Translations under genes and position numbers: made by a program | Shown here: positions 19,059 through 28,976 of the stretch, piece by piece | Position numbering within the stretch: position 1 is the first letter of the stretch | Layout: each line of letters opens with the position of its first letter | The notes under the pieces: generated by a model | What the model was told of the DNA's origin: nothing | Seen by the model: only the letters and a program-made list of their open reading frames with translations | Databases searched by the model: none | DNA from: a virus | Taxonomy: Duplodnaviria; Heunggongvirae; Uroviricota; Caudoviricetes | IMG/VR virus record: IMGVR_UViG_2734482770_000003 | Strand: one strand, 5' to 3' | DNA length: 35,160 nt

Positions 19059-19844
19059 TTATGAGTGATTTTTATTTGATGCTTTGTATTCTACAACCTT
19101 CTTATTGGCGTAAAGGAATTTTGTATATGACAGGAATATAACCAGACCTGAAATGAAATAGATGAGGGATATTATTAATAATGCTTTTTTTTGGCTGTTA
19201 TTATCTTTAATCTCCTGACTTAACCATTCCGAGTCCTCCTCGTTTAGCTGTAAGAGCTTATTGCAGGCGATCTCAGGAAGTGTGTCTTTTATAAATACGT
19301 TTCGTAGCCTCTTGCAATCGGCAAGGCTATAAGTTTTATTGAATTCAACTGTTTTATTGTTGAAGGATAAAAGAACTTTGTCACTATAAACATAGTACAT
19401 CATATTTTTATATGGTATGCCTATGGCATCTCTTACTATAGCGGATTGTTTGTTGTGTATATAACATGCGAAGAGAATATAAATAATGCTGGACAGAATT
19501 ACAATTATTGTTTTAATTATGTGTGGTGGTTTTGTTATGTCACCCCAGAAGCGAGTAAGAAAAAAATACGATGTTTTTAGTTTTCCATCAATCAGCCCCT
19601 GCTGTATCATTCTCACATCTTCGATGCCTGATACATTGATTCCGTTAATTATTTTAAATAGTTGAATGTCGCGCCATTTTTTGTCGAGCATTTTTAACTT
19701 TCTGTCTGAATACTCAAAATTGAAATAATGTGCAATAAACCTCATAAGATTACTTTTACCAAAGGTAATAAATGTTAATACTATTAATAAAAATAGATAC
19801 AAAGAGATAAACCACCACGCATTAGTCACATTATCACTGAACAT
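19059..19844 (-). CDS. Unrecognised cargo protein with three predicted transmembrane segments (P2 orf30 position)
   Basis: 261 aa; ATG with gaggag SD; hydrophobic stretches near residues 9-28, 108-128, 221-241; strongly AT-rich, opposite strand to flanking late genes. Confidence 0.6.
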   Translation of the reverse strand: MFSDNVTNAWWFISLYLFLLIVLTFITFGKSNLMRFIAHYFNFEYSDRKLKMLDKKWRDIQLFKIINGINVSGIEDVRMIQQGLIDGKLKTSYFFLTRFWGDITKPPHIIKTIIVILSSIIYILFACYIHNKQSAIVRDAIGIPYKNMMYYVYSDKVLLSFNNKTVEFNKTYSLADCKRLRNVFIKDTLPEIACNKLLQLNEEDSEWLSQEIKDNNSQKKALLIISLIYFISGLVIFLSYTKFLYANKKVVEYKASNKNHS

Positions 19845-19927
19845 TACGCTCTCCTCGAATGTTGTATGGTCGTTCTACAAATGAATCCAGATAGCATAAC
19901 TTTTATATATTGTGCAATCTCACACGC

Positions 19928-20563
19928 ATGAACACTCTCGCAAATATTCAGGAACTCGCGCGCGCACTGCGCAACATGATTCGTACCGGCCTTGTCGTCG
20001 AAACCAACCTTAAAGCCGGTCGCTGCCGTGTGCAGACCGGTGGCATGTGCACCGACTGGCTTCTGTGGCTGACCCATCGTGCCGGACGTTCGCGCACATG
20101 GTGGGCACCTTCCGTGGGGGAACAGGTGCTGATTCTGGCTGTGGGCGGTGAACTCGACACGGCGTTCGTTCTGCCGGGGATTTATTCCGGCGATAACCCC
20201 GCGCCGTCTGCGTCGGCGGATGCCCTGCATATCCGTTTCCCTGACGGGGCGGTGATTGAGTATGAACCCGAAACCAGTGCACTCACGGCAAGCGGAATTA
20301 AAACGGCCAGCGTGACGGCTTCTGATTCTGTTACTGCCACGGTGCCGGTGGTCATGGTGAAAGCATCAACCCGCGTCACCCTGGACACACCGGAGGTGGT
20401 CTGCACCAACAGGCTGATTACCGGCACGCTGGAAGTGCAGAAGGGCGGGACGATGCGCGGCAACATTGAACACACCGGCGGTGAACTCTCATCAAACGGT
20501 AAGGTACTGCATACCCATAAACACCCCGGCGACAGCGGCGGCACAACCGGGAGTCCTCTATGA
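19928..20563 (+). CDS. V: Baseplate spike/assembly protein gpV
   Basis: 211 aa from ATG at 19928 (P2 V is 211 aa); track ORF starts at a TTG at 19910. Confidence 0.85.
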   Translation: MNTLANIQELARALRNMIRTGLVVETNLKAGRCRVQTGGMCTDWLLWLTHRAGRSRTWWAPSVGEQVLILAVGGELDTAFVLPGIYSGDNPAPSASADALHIRFPDGAVIEYEPETSALTASGIKTASVTASDSVTATVPVVMVKASTRVTLDTPEVVCTNRLITGTLEVQKGGTMRGNIEHTGGELSSNGKVLHTHKHPGDSGGTTGSPL

Positions 20564-20907
20564 CAGCGCGTTATCTCGGAATGAATCGCAGTGATGGCCT
20601 GACTGTCACTGACCTTGAGCATATCAGCCAGGGTATCGGCGATATCCTGCGCACACCGGTCGGCTCACGGGTGATGCGTCGTGATTACGGCTCGTTGCTG
20701 GCGTCAATGATTGACCAGCCGCAGACCCCGGCGCTTGAGTTGCAGATTAAGGTCGCCTGTTACATGGCGGTGCTGAAATGGGAACCCCGCGTCACCCTGT
20801 CATCCGTCACCACGGCGCGCAGTTTTGACGGGCGAATGACGGTCACGTTAACCGGCCAGCACAACGACACCGGCCAGCCACTTTCGTTAACCATCCCTGT
20901 GAGTTGA
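20560..20907 (+). CDS. W: Baseplate wedge protein gpW
   Basis: 115 aa (same as P2 W); overlaps V stop. Confidence 0.85.
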   Translation: MTARYLGMNRSDGLTVTDLEHISQGIGDILRTPVGSRVMRRDYGSLLASMIDQPQTPALELQIKVACYMAVLKWEPRVTLSSVTTARSFDGRMTVTLTGQHNDTGQPLSLTIPVS

Positions 20908-20911
20908 AACC

Positions 20912-21820
20912 ATGCCGATTATCGACCTGAACCAGCTACCCGCACCGGATGTGGTCGAGGAGCTGGATTTTGAAACCATTCTTGCCGAACGCAAGGCGAC
21001 ACTGATTTCCCTTTACCCGGAAGACCAGCAGGAGGCGGTCGCCCGTACCCTGACGCTGGAATCCGAGCCTCTCGTCAAATTGCTGGAGGAAAATGCTTAT
21101 CGTGAGCTTATCTGGCGTCAGCGTGTGAATGAGGCCGCACGGGCGGTAATGCTGGCCTGTGCCGCCGGTAATGACCTTGATGTGATTGGTGCCAATTACA
21201 ACACCACGCGCCTGATTATCACCCCGGCAGATGATTCGACCCTCCCGCCGACACCGGCAGTGATGGAATCTGACACCGATTATCGTCTGCGTATTCAGCA
21301 GGCGTTTGAAGGTTTAAGCGTCGCCGGGTCGGTGGGAGCCTATCAGTATCATGGTCGCAGTGCCGACGGGCGTGTCGCGGATATCTCTGTCACCAGTCCG
21401 TCTCCTGCCTGCGTCACCATCTCTGTGCTGTCACGTGAAAATAACGGTGTGGCATCTGAAGACCTGCTGGCTGTGGTGCGCAACGCCCTGAATGGCGAGG
21501 ACGTCAGACCGGTGGCCGACCGTGTGACCGTGCAGTCTGCCGCCATCGTTGAATACCAGATAAATGCCACGCTTTACCTTTACCCTGGCCCCGAAAGCGA
21601 ACCCATTCGCGCTGCCGCCGTGAAAAAACTGGAAGCGTATATCACGGCACAGCACCGGCTGGGGCGCGACATCCGACTGTCTGCCATTTATGCCGCTTTG
21701 CATGTGGAAGGCGTGCAGCGTGTCGAACTGGCTTCACCGCTGGCCGACATCGTGCTCAACAGTACGCAGGCGTCTTTCTGTACCGAATACAGCGTCGTGA
21801 CCGGAGGCTCGGATGAGTGA
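20912..21820 (+). CDS. J: Baseplate protein gpJ
   Basis: 302 aa (same as P2 J). Confidence 0.85.
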   Translation: MPIIDLNQLPAPDVVEELDFETILAERKATLISLYPEDQQEAVARTLTLESEPLVKLLEENAYRELIWRQRVNEAARAVMLACAAGNDLDVIGANYNTTRLIITPADDSTLPPTPAVMESDTDYRLRIQQAFEGLSVAGSVGAYQYHGRSADGRVADISVTSPSPACVTISVLSRENNGVASEDLLAVVRNALNGEDVRPVADRVTVQSAAIVEYQINATLYLYPGPESEPIRAAAVKKLEAYITAQHRLGRDIRLSAIYAALHVEGVQRVELASPLADIVLNSTQASFCTEYSVVTGGSDE

Positions 21821-22343
21821 TTCGCGACTGCTGCCGACCGGCTCATCACCGCTTGAAGTCGCCGCCGCAAAAGCCTGTGCGGAAATTGAAAAAACGCCGG
21901 TCAGTATTCGTGAGCTGTGGAACCCGGATACCTGTCCGGCAAATCTGCTGCCGTGGCTGGCGTGGGCGTTTTCGGTCGACAGGTGGGATGAAAAGTGGCC
22001 GGAAGCGACAAAACGCGCCGTTATCCGCGATGCCTATTTCATCCACTGTCATAAAGGCACTATAGGTGCAATCCGGCGTGTGGTGGAGCCGCTGGGCTAT
22101 CTCATCAACGTGACGGAGTGGTGGGAAACCAGTGACCCGCCCGGCACCTTCCGGCTTGATATTGGTGTACTGGAAAGCGGTATCACAGAGGCAATGTATC
22201 AGGAAATGGAACGGCTGATTGCTGATGCCAAACCTGCAAGCCGCCACCTTATTGGCCTGAACATTACCCGGGACATTCCCGGCTACCTGTTCGCCGGTGG
22301 TGTGGCTTACGACGGCGATGTAATTACGGTTTACCCCGGATAA
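21813..22343 (+). CDS. I: Baseplate/tail protein gpI
   Basis: 176 aa (same as P2 I). Confidence 0.85.
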   Translation: MSDSRLLPTGSSPLEVAAAKACAEIEKTPVSIRELWNPDTCPANLLPWLAWAFSVDRWDEKWPEATKRAVIRDAYFIHCHKGTIGAIRRVVEPLGYLINVTEWWETSDPPGTFRLDIGVLESGITEAMYQEMERLIADAKPASRHLIGLNITRDIPGYLFAGGVAYDGDVITVYPG

Positions 22344-22353
22344 GTGAGGAATA

Positions 22354-24672
22354 ATGAGCACAAAATTCAGAACCGTTATCACCACTGCCGGTGCAGCAAA
22401 GCTGGCAGCGGCAACCGCGCCGGGAGGGCGGAAGGTCAACATTACCACGATGGCCGTCGGGGATGGCGGTGGTAAATTACTTGTCCCGGATGCCGGACAG
22501 ACCGGGCTTATCCATGAAGTCTGGCGACATGCGCTGAACAAAATCAGCCAGGACAAACGAAACAGTAATTATATTATCGCAGAGCTGGTTATTCCGCCGG
22601 AGGTGGGCGGTTTCTGGATGCGTGAGCTTGGCCTGTACGATGATGCGGGAACGTTAATTGCCGTGGCGAACATGGCCGAAAGTTATAAGCCAGCTCTTGC
22701 CGAAGGCTCAGGGCGTTCGCAGACCTGTCGCATGGTCATCATCGTCAGCAGTGTGGCCTCGGTGGAGCTGACCATTGACACCGCAACGGTGATGGCGACA
22801 CAGGATTACGTTGATGACAAAATTGCAGAGCACGAACAGTCACGACGTCACCCGGACGCCTCGCTGACCGCAAAAGGTTTTACTCAGTTAAGCAGTGCGA
22901 CCAACAGCACGTCTGAAACACTGGCCGCAACGCCGAAAGCGGTAAAGGCCGCCTATGACCTTGCTAACGGGAAATATACCGCACAGGACGCTACCACAGC
23001 GCGAAAAGGTCTTGTCCAGCTCAGTAGTGCCACCAACAGCACGTCTGAAACGCTCGCCGCAACACCAAAAGCGGTAAAGGCCGCGTATGACCTTGCTAAC
23101 GGGAAATACACTGCACAGGACGCCACCACAACGCGAAAAGGTCTTGTCCAGCTCAGTAGCGTCACCAACAGCGATTCTGAAACGCTTGCGGCAACGCCAA
23201 AGGCGGTAAAGGCCGCGTATGACCTTGCTAACGGGAAATACACTGCACAGGATGCCACTACAGCGCGAAAAGGTCTTGTCCAGCTCAGTAGCGCCACCAA
23301 CAGTGATTCTGAAACGCTGGCCGCAACATCAAAAGCGGTGAAGTCTGCCTATGACAATGCTGAAAAACGTCTTCAGAAAGATCAGAACGGTGCGGATATT
23401 CCGGGAAAGGATACCTTCACGAAAAATATCGGTGCCTGTCGTGCTTATAGCGGCGCTTTGAGCACTGAAGCCGGAAACTGGACAACCGCTCAGTTTATTG
23501 AATGGCTGGATTCCCGTGGTGCATTTAATCATCCGTACTGGATGTGCAAAGGCTCATGGTCATATGCAAATAACAAAATCATTACGGATACCGGATGTGG
23601 TGATATCCACCTGGCTGGTTGTGTCGTCGAGGTCATGGGAACTAAATCTGCAATCACTATCCGAGTGACCACGCCGACAACATCAAGTGGTGGCGGTACA
23701 ACCAGCGCGCAATTCACTTACATTAATCATGGGGACGGCTACTCCCCCGGCTGGCGTCGTGACTGGAATCGTCAGGGCGACTCAATGACCGGAACGATTA
23801 ATCAGGATGGCGGAAGCCAGAATGCCTATATGTCTACGGCCTTATGTTCAGGCACCAGAGGCGGCAAAAAATATCTCAGAAAGTTTCGTGGTGGAGAAGG
23901 AGACACTATCTGGCATGAAACAGTACAGGGCGGGGTAATTCGCTGGGCGACAGGAAACTATGACGCTCAGGAAGAATTATCACTCAGCTCCGCTTATGGT
24001 CTCCGTTCAAGAGGTGAGATTACATCACTCAGTGCTAATGGTCTGCGCATTGCTTATGGCAATTATGGATTCTTTATCAGGAATGATGGCAGCAGCACTT
24101 ATTTTATGTTGACTAAATCAGGTGACAGATTAGGTACTTATAATAATTTAAGACCACTGATTATAAATGATGCCACGGGTGCTGTATCAATGGGGCATGG
24201 CCTGAGTGTTACTGGTGATATTGTCTCAAGTACCAAAGTACGTGCCGGTAGCGGGAAAAAGTTCACGGTCAGCAGCAGCAATACATCCACGAAGGAAGCC
24301 GCATTCAATTTGTGGGGAAACTCAAGTCGTCCTGTGGTGGCTGAATTAGGTGATGATGCAGGCTGGCATTTTTACAGTCAGAGAAATACAGATAACAGCA
24401 TCACTTTTGCTGTTAACGGGCAGGTATCACCATCTAACTATAGTAATTTTGATTCACGCTATGTCCGGGATATCCGGCTTGGTGGTGCTGCCACATACAA
24501 ACCTGCGAACAATGGCATGACATGGACACATCAGGCACCGTCCGGGTGTGTATATTCCGGCATTATTGTTCAGGATACCGGCTCAAACTCTGCCGATAAC
24601 ATTGGTGGCATATATTACAGACCGGTGCAGAAATACATTAACGGGACATGGTATAACGTAGCGCAGGTATAA
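22354..24672 (+). CDS. H: Tail fibre protein gpH (with internal tandem repeats)
   Basis: 772 aa; N-terminus typical of P2-like H; contains about 3.6 tandem 44-aa repeats; variable C-terminal receptor-binding part. Confidence 0.85.
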   Translation: MSTKFRTVITTAGAAKLAAATAPGGRKVNITTMAVGDGGGKLLVPDAGQTGLIHEVWRHALNKISQDKRNSNYIIAELVIPPEVGGFWMRELGLYDDAGTLIAVANMAESYKPALAEGSGRSQTCRMVIIVSSVASVELTIDTATVMATQDYVDDKIAEHEQSRRHPDASLTAKGFTQLSSATNSTSETLAATPKAVKAAYDLANGKYTAQDATTARKGLVQLSSATNSTSETLAATPKAVKAAYDLANGKYTAQDATTTRKGLVQLSSVTNSDSETLAATPKAVKAAYDLANGKYTAQDATTARKGLVQLSSATNSDSETLAATSKAVKSAYDNAEKRLQKDQNGADIPGKDTFTKNIGACRAYSGALSTEAGNWTTAQFIEWLDSRGAFNHPYWMCKGSWSYANNKIITDTGCGDIHLAGCVVEVMGTKSAITIRVTTPTTSSGGGTTSAQFTYINHGDGYSPGWRRDWNRQGDSMTGTINQDGGSQNAYMSTALCSGTRGGKKYLRKFRGGEGDTIWHETVQGGVIRWATGNYDAQEELSLSSAYGLRSRGEITSLSANGLRIAYGNYGFFIRNDGSSTYFMLTKSGDRLGTYNNLRPLIINDATGAVSMGHGLSVTGDIVSSTKVRAGSGKKFTVSSSNTSTKEAAFNLWGNSSRPVVAELGDDAGWHFYSQRNTDNSITFAVNGQVSPSNYSNFDSRYVRDIRLGGAATYKPANNGMTWTHQAPSGCVYSGIIVQDTGSNSADNIGGIYYRPVQKYINGTWYNVAQV
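22868..23350 (+). repeat. Tandem 132-bp coding repeats (about 3.6 copies) inside tail fibre gene H
   Basis: Unit boundaries recur at 23000, 23132, 23264; encoded unit LSSATNSTSETLAATPKAVKAAYDLANGKYTAQDATTARKGLVQ. Confidence 0.85.
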
Positions 24673-24675
24673 TTT

Positions 24676-25203
24676 ATGCAGCATTTGATAAATATAACGG
24701 CGGGTAATCCAAAAACAGTTGAACAATATCAATTGACAAAGAACTTTGATGTTGTCTGGTTTTTTACAGAAGATGGTAAGAACTGGTACGAAGAACAAAA
24801 GTATTTTGCTGATGACACGATAAAAATAGCGTACGACAAAGATAATATCATCCGCTATGTGGAAAAGGATGTGACAGCTATCAGACCGGATGGATTAAGT
24901 GTGGTTGAAGTGGCGGATATTACTGCTAACCGACGGGCGGACATTTCAGGGAACTGGATGTTTAAGGACGGCAAAGTGATTAAACGCATTTATACGGCAG
25001 ATGAATTGCGGCGGCAGGCAGAAATTCGGAAAGTCAGACTTCTTGCAGATGCTGAATCCGTGATTTTGCCGCTGGAGCGCGCTGTCAGGCTGAACATGGC
25101 AACAGATGAGGAGCGTAGCCGACTGGAAGCATGGGAGCGTTACAGCGTTCTGGTCAGTCGTGTGGATCCTGCAAATCCTGAATGGCCGGAAATGCCGCAA
25201 TAA
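24676..25203 (+). CDS. G: Tail fibre assembly chaperone gpG
   Basis: 175 aa (same as P2 G); directly downstream of H. Confidence 0.85.
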   Translation: MQHLINITAGNPKTVEQYQLTKNFDVVWFFTEDGKNWYEEQKYFADDTIKIAYDKDNIIRYVEKDVTAIRPDGLSVVEVADITANRRADISGNWMFKDGKVIKRIYTADELRRQAEIRKVRLLADAESVILPLERAVRLNMATDEERSRLEAWERYSVLVSRVDPANPEWPEMPQ

Positions 25204-25567
25204 GTTGTATGAGTTCTGGTGTGAGCTTACACATCTATGGCACAGAGTAAAGCCTAATCTGACAGTTCGCTCTGTGCCAGAAACAGACGTCACTTATATA
25301 TTTCTGTATTAATCAATGAGGAAAGATTCAATTCTCTATAATGGAGGTTGCGTCCACTGTTTTCTCTAAGCAGACCAAGTTCCCTTAACGAAAAATTTAG
25401 TGTCAGAAACTAATATTGACAAAGAGGCAATGTTATATAGTATTAGTTTGATAACTAAAAATATAAGCCTGATTATCTCAAGCTTATATAGGTGATAAAG
25501 TTTCTAACTTAATTTGATTATAGAAGATACATTTCTTAATTATGACGCATTGATAATGGATTCAACT

Positions 25568-26593
25568 TCATTCAATAATGTCTGGTAGAACATTAAATCC
25601 AGTTGGTCGAAAAAAGGATAATCTTTGCTGATGAGAAACTAAATCTATCTTCACAATGTGATGATGGTTTTTTTTGATTTTTCTAGAGTACAATGAGTAA
25701 AAAAGATTTTCTGTGTTAATTTCCACAATGATTCCAGACATATCTAAGTCATAGCATTTTGCTAATGCTTTCAATTTTGGTGATATTTTGCTCTCTTTAA
25801 ACTTTTCATTATATTCCGGTTGAAAATATCTTATCAAAGCAGCTTCGATTATATTAATGGCTTGATTTTTGTTTGGGTGATTTTTTAATGCAAACTTAAA
25901 TCGCTTGTCATCGCTATCCGTATCATTAATTAATCCAGACCTCCCATCTAGAGATGAGAATACTTGTTCATGCTCAAAGGCATACATAAAAAGCATGATC
26001 TCTTGATCTGGCTTGTTATAAAGCGTTTGCGCCAATATTTTTTGTAATTTTGAATGACTCCTTAAACGTTCAACTGCATTCCTGCTACCATTTTTACCTA
26101 CGGCTTGTCCAATATAAAGAACTTCATATGAGGACAGATCTGAATAGTAACCTAATTTACTTGAATATAAGGTGGCAATGAAAGATGCAGAGATGTAAGT
26201 TACCTCCTCCCCTTCATTATTTATACTAATAACTTCTCTGAATGGATAGTTACATATTATATCAGTTGCATCGTCTTCTAATATCCAGTTGTGTTCAAAA
26301 TGGAACTTGCTTTCTTTACCATCTATTTTGTACCCTATCTCTCCTGAGAGAATGTTTTTCTCATGATTAATTGTATTATCAATAAAATAAAAGCTTGGGC
26401 GAGCGCATATAAAGTATATATGGCATTTTGAAAGTTGTTTTTCTTGTTCTAAATTAATTTTTGCATCAGACGTTAGTTGCTGAGCAGTAAGCATCGCTGT
26501 AAAACTATTTAAGTATCCAAAAGCAAATTCGTGTATGAATTTTCTTTTCACTCGAAATATCCTCACTAGAAATGAATAATATTGGTTTTTCAT
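25568..26593 (-). CDS. Unrecognised cargo protein at the Z/fun position (candidate defence/exclusion gene)
   Basis: 341 aa, no TM segments evident, AT-rich, opposite strand to tail genes, flanked by AT-rich non-coding DNA on both sides. Confidence 0.6.
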   Translation of the reverse strand: MKNQYYSFLVRIFRVKRKFIHEFAFGYLNSFTAMLTAQQLTSDAKINLEQEKQLSKCHIYFICARPSFYFIDNTINHEKNILSGEIGYKIDGKESKFHFEHNWILEDDATDIICNYPFREVISINNEGEEVTYISASFIATLYSSKLGYYSDLSSYEVLYIGQAVGKNGSRNAVERLRSHSKLQKILAQTLYNKPDQEIMLFMYAFEHEQVFSSLDGRSGLINDTDSDDKRFKFALKNHPNKNQAINIIEAALIRYFQPEYNEKFKESKISPKLKALAKCYDLDMSGIIVEINTENLFYSLYSRKIKKNHHHIVKIDLVSHQQRLSFFRPTGFNVLPDIIE

Positions 26594-26922
26594 GATAATA
26601 CTCTATTGATCCTAGACTTACCATTTAAAAAACGAACTGACATGCTCCCGTTGATTAATAAGCTGTAAGGTTAGCAATTCTTTTGGCGTTGAGAACAACT
26701 GCGAACTTCCGTTCCTTGCTCAAAGCAGACTGTCAGATTTGATAGCGTTTGGGCTATGTAAGTAGCCAGTTGGAGAATGAGTGAGTGCAAATCAGGACTG
26801 GCGGGCGAATTGCCCGCATTTTCTTTATCTGTTGTTTCATCCACTGACCAGCCTGGTCAAATAGCGTCTCATGCACTGCCCAACAGAAAATAGTTGCACC
26901 CATTAACCACGGAGTTAAACGG

Positions 26923-28113
26923 ATGAGTGACTATCATCACGGCGTGCAGGTGCTGGAGATTAACGACGGCACCCGCGTCATTTCCACCGTATCCACTGCC
27001 ATTGTCGGCATGGTCTGCACGGCCAGCGATGCGGATGCGGAAACCTTCCCCCTCAATAAACCGGTGCTGATTACCAATGTGCAGAGCGCAATTGCAAAGG
27101 CCGGTAAAAAAGGCACGCTGGCGGCGTCGTTACAGGCCATCGCTGACCAGTCAAAACCGGTCACCGTTGTCGTCCGTGTGGAAGACGGCACCGGCGAAGA
27201 CGAAGAAACGAAACTCGCGCAGACCGTTTCCAATATCATCGGCACCACCGACGAAAACGGCCAGTACACCGGACTGAAAGCCCTGCTGGCGGCAGAATCG
27301 GTAACCGGTGTTAAACCGCGTATTCTCGGTGTGCCGGGACTGGACACCAAAGAGGTGGCCGTCGCACTGGCATCAGTCTGTCAGAAGCTGCGCGCTTTCG
27401 GGTATATCAGCGCATGGGGCTGTAAAACCATTTCTGAGGTGAAAGCCTACCGCCAGAATTTCAGCCAGCGTGAGTTGATGGTCATCTGGCCTGATTTCCT
27501 CGCATGGGATACGGTCACCAGTACCACCGCCACCGCGTATGCCACCGCCCGTGCGCTGGGTCTGCGTGCCAAAATCGACCAGGAGCAGGGCTGGCATAAA
27601 ACGCTGTCCAACGTCGGGGTAAACGGTGTTACCGGCATCAGTGCCTCTGTATTCTGGGATTTGCAGGAGTCCGGCACCGATGCTGACCTGTTGAACGAGT
27701 CAGGTGTCACAACGCTGATTCGCCGTGACGGTTTCCGCTTCTGGGGTAACCGTACCTGCTCTGATGACCCGCTGTTCCTCTTTGAAAACTACACCCGCAC
27801 CGCGCAGGTGCTGGCCGACACGATGGCTGAGGCGCACATGTGGGCGGTGGACAAGCCCATCACCGCAACGCTGATTCGCGACATCGTTGACGGTATCAAT
27901 GCCAAATTCCGTGAGCTGAAAACAAACGGCTATATCGTGGATGCGACCTGCTGGTTCAGCGAAGAATCCAACGATGCGGAAACCCTCAAGGCCGGAAAAC
28001 TGTATATCGACTACGACTATACACCGGTGCCTCCTCTCGAAAACCTGACCCTGCGCCAGCGTATTACCGATAAATACCTGGCAAATCTGGTTACTTCGGT
28101 TAACAGCAATTAA
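26923..28113 (+). CDS. FI: Tail sheath protein gpFI
   Basis: 396 aa (same as P2 FI); ggag SD. Confidence 0.9.
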   Translation: MSDYHHGVQVLEINDGTRVISTVSTAIVGMVCTASDADAETFPLNKPVLITNVQSAIAKAGKKGTLAASLQAIADQSKPVTVVVRVEDGTGEDEETKLAQTVSNIIGTTDENGQYTGLKALLAAESVTGVKPRILGVPGLDTKEVAVALASVCQKLRAFGYISAWGCKTISEVKAYRQNFSQRELMVIWPDFLAWDTVTSTTATAYATARALGLRAKIDQEQGWHKTLSNVGVNGVTGISASVFWDLQESGTDADLLNESGVTTLIRRDGFRFWGNRTCSDDPLFLFENYTRTAQVLADTMAEAHMWAVDKPITATLIRDIVDGINAKFRELKTNGYIVDATCWFSEESNDAETLKAGKLYIDYDYTPVPPLENLTLRQRITDKYLANLVTSVNSN

Positions 28114-28125
28114 GGAGCCTGACCG

Positions 28126-28644
28126 ATGGCAATGCCGCGCAAACTCAAGTTAATGAACGTCTTTCTGAACGGCTACAGCTATCAGGGCGTCGCGAAGTCC
28201 GTCACGCTGCCAAAACTGACCCGTAAGCTCGAAAACTATCGCGGTGCGGGGATGAACGGCAGCGCACCGGTAGACCTCGGCCTTGATGACGATGCGCTGT
28301 CAATGGAGTGGTCGCTCGGTGGCTTCCCGGATTCGGTTATCTGGGAGCTTTACGCCGCAACCGGTGTGGATGCCGTACCGATTCGTTTTGCAGGCTCTTA
28401 CCAGCGCGACGATACCGGCGAAACGGTGGCCGTCGAGGTGGTCATGCGTGGACGTCAGAAAGAAATCGACACCGGCGAGGGCAAACAGGGAGAAGACACC
28501 GAGTCGAAAATCTCCGTGGTCTGCACCTATTTCCGGCTGACGATGGACGGTAAGGAGCTGGTCGAAATCGACACCATCAACATGATTGAGAAGGTGAACG
28601 GCGTCGACCGGCTGGAGCAACACCGCCGCAATATCGGCCTGTGA
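28126..28644 (+). CDS. FII: Tail tube protein gpFII
   Basis: 172 aa (same as P2 FII). Confidence 0.9.
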   Translation: MAMPRKLKLMNVFLNGYSYQGVAKSVTLPKLTRKLENYRGAGMNGSAPVDLGLDDDALSMEWSLGGFPDSVIWELYAATGVDAVPIRFAGSYQRDDTGETVAVEVVMRGRQKEIDTGEGKQGEDTESKISVVCTYFRLTMDGKELVEIDTINMIEKVNGVDRLEQHRRNIGL

Positions 28645-28700
28645 TTTTCATCCGGTCAGCCTGGCTGACCGGTTAACCCCGATTCAGAAGTGAGAAAACC

Positions 28701-28976
28701 ATGAACAAAGAAAATGTGATTACCCTGGACAATCCGGTCAAGCGTGGTGAGCAGGTTATCGAACAGGTCACGCTGATGAAACCCAATGCCGGGACGCTGC
28801 GCGGTGTCAGTCTGGCTGCGGTCGCGAACTCTGAAGTCGATGCACTGATTAAGGTGCTGCCGCGCATGACGGCACCGATGCTGACCGAGCAGGAAGTCGC
28901 CGCGCTGGAACTGCCTGACCTTGTGGCGCTGGCCGGTAAGGTGGTCGGTTTTTTGTCGCCGAACTCGGTGCAGTGA
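28701..28976 (+). CDS. E: Tail assembly chaperone gpE
   Basis: 91 aa (same as P2 E); immediately upstream of tape measure gene. Confidence 0.8.
   Translation: MNKENVITLDNPVKRGEQVIEQVTLMKPNAGTLRGVSLAAVANSEVDALIKVLPRMTAPMLTEQEVAALELPDLVALAGKVVGFLSPNSVQ

Noticed and set aside
22953-23300. 115-aa minus-strand ORF with internally repeated sequence
   Set aside because: Lies entirely antisense to the tandem 132-bp repeats of tail fibre gene H; its repetitiveness is a shadow of the H repeats, not an independent gene.
25106-25312. 68-aa plus-strand ORF overlapping the end of G
   Set aside because: Overlaps the gpG C-terminus out of frame and runs into AT-rich intergenic DNA; no SD; likely spurious.
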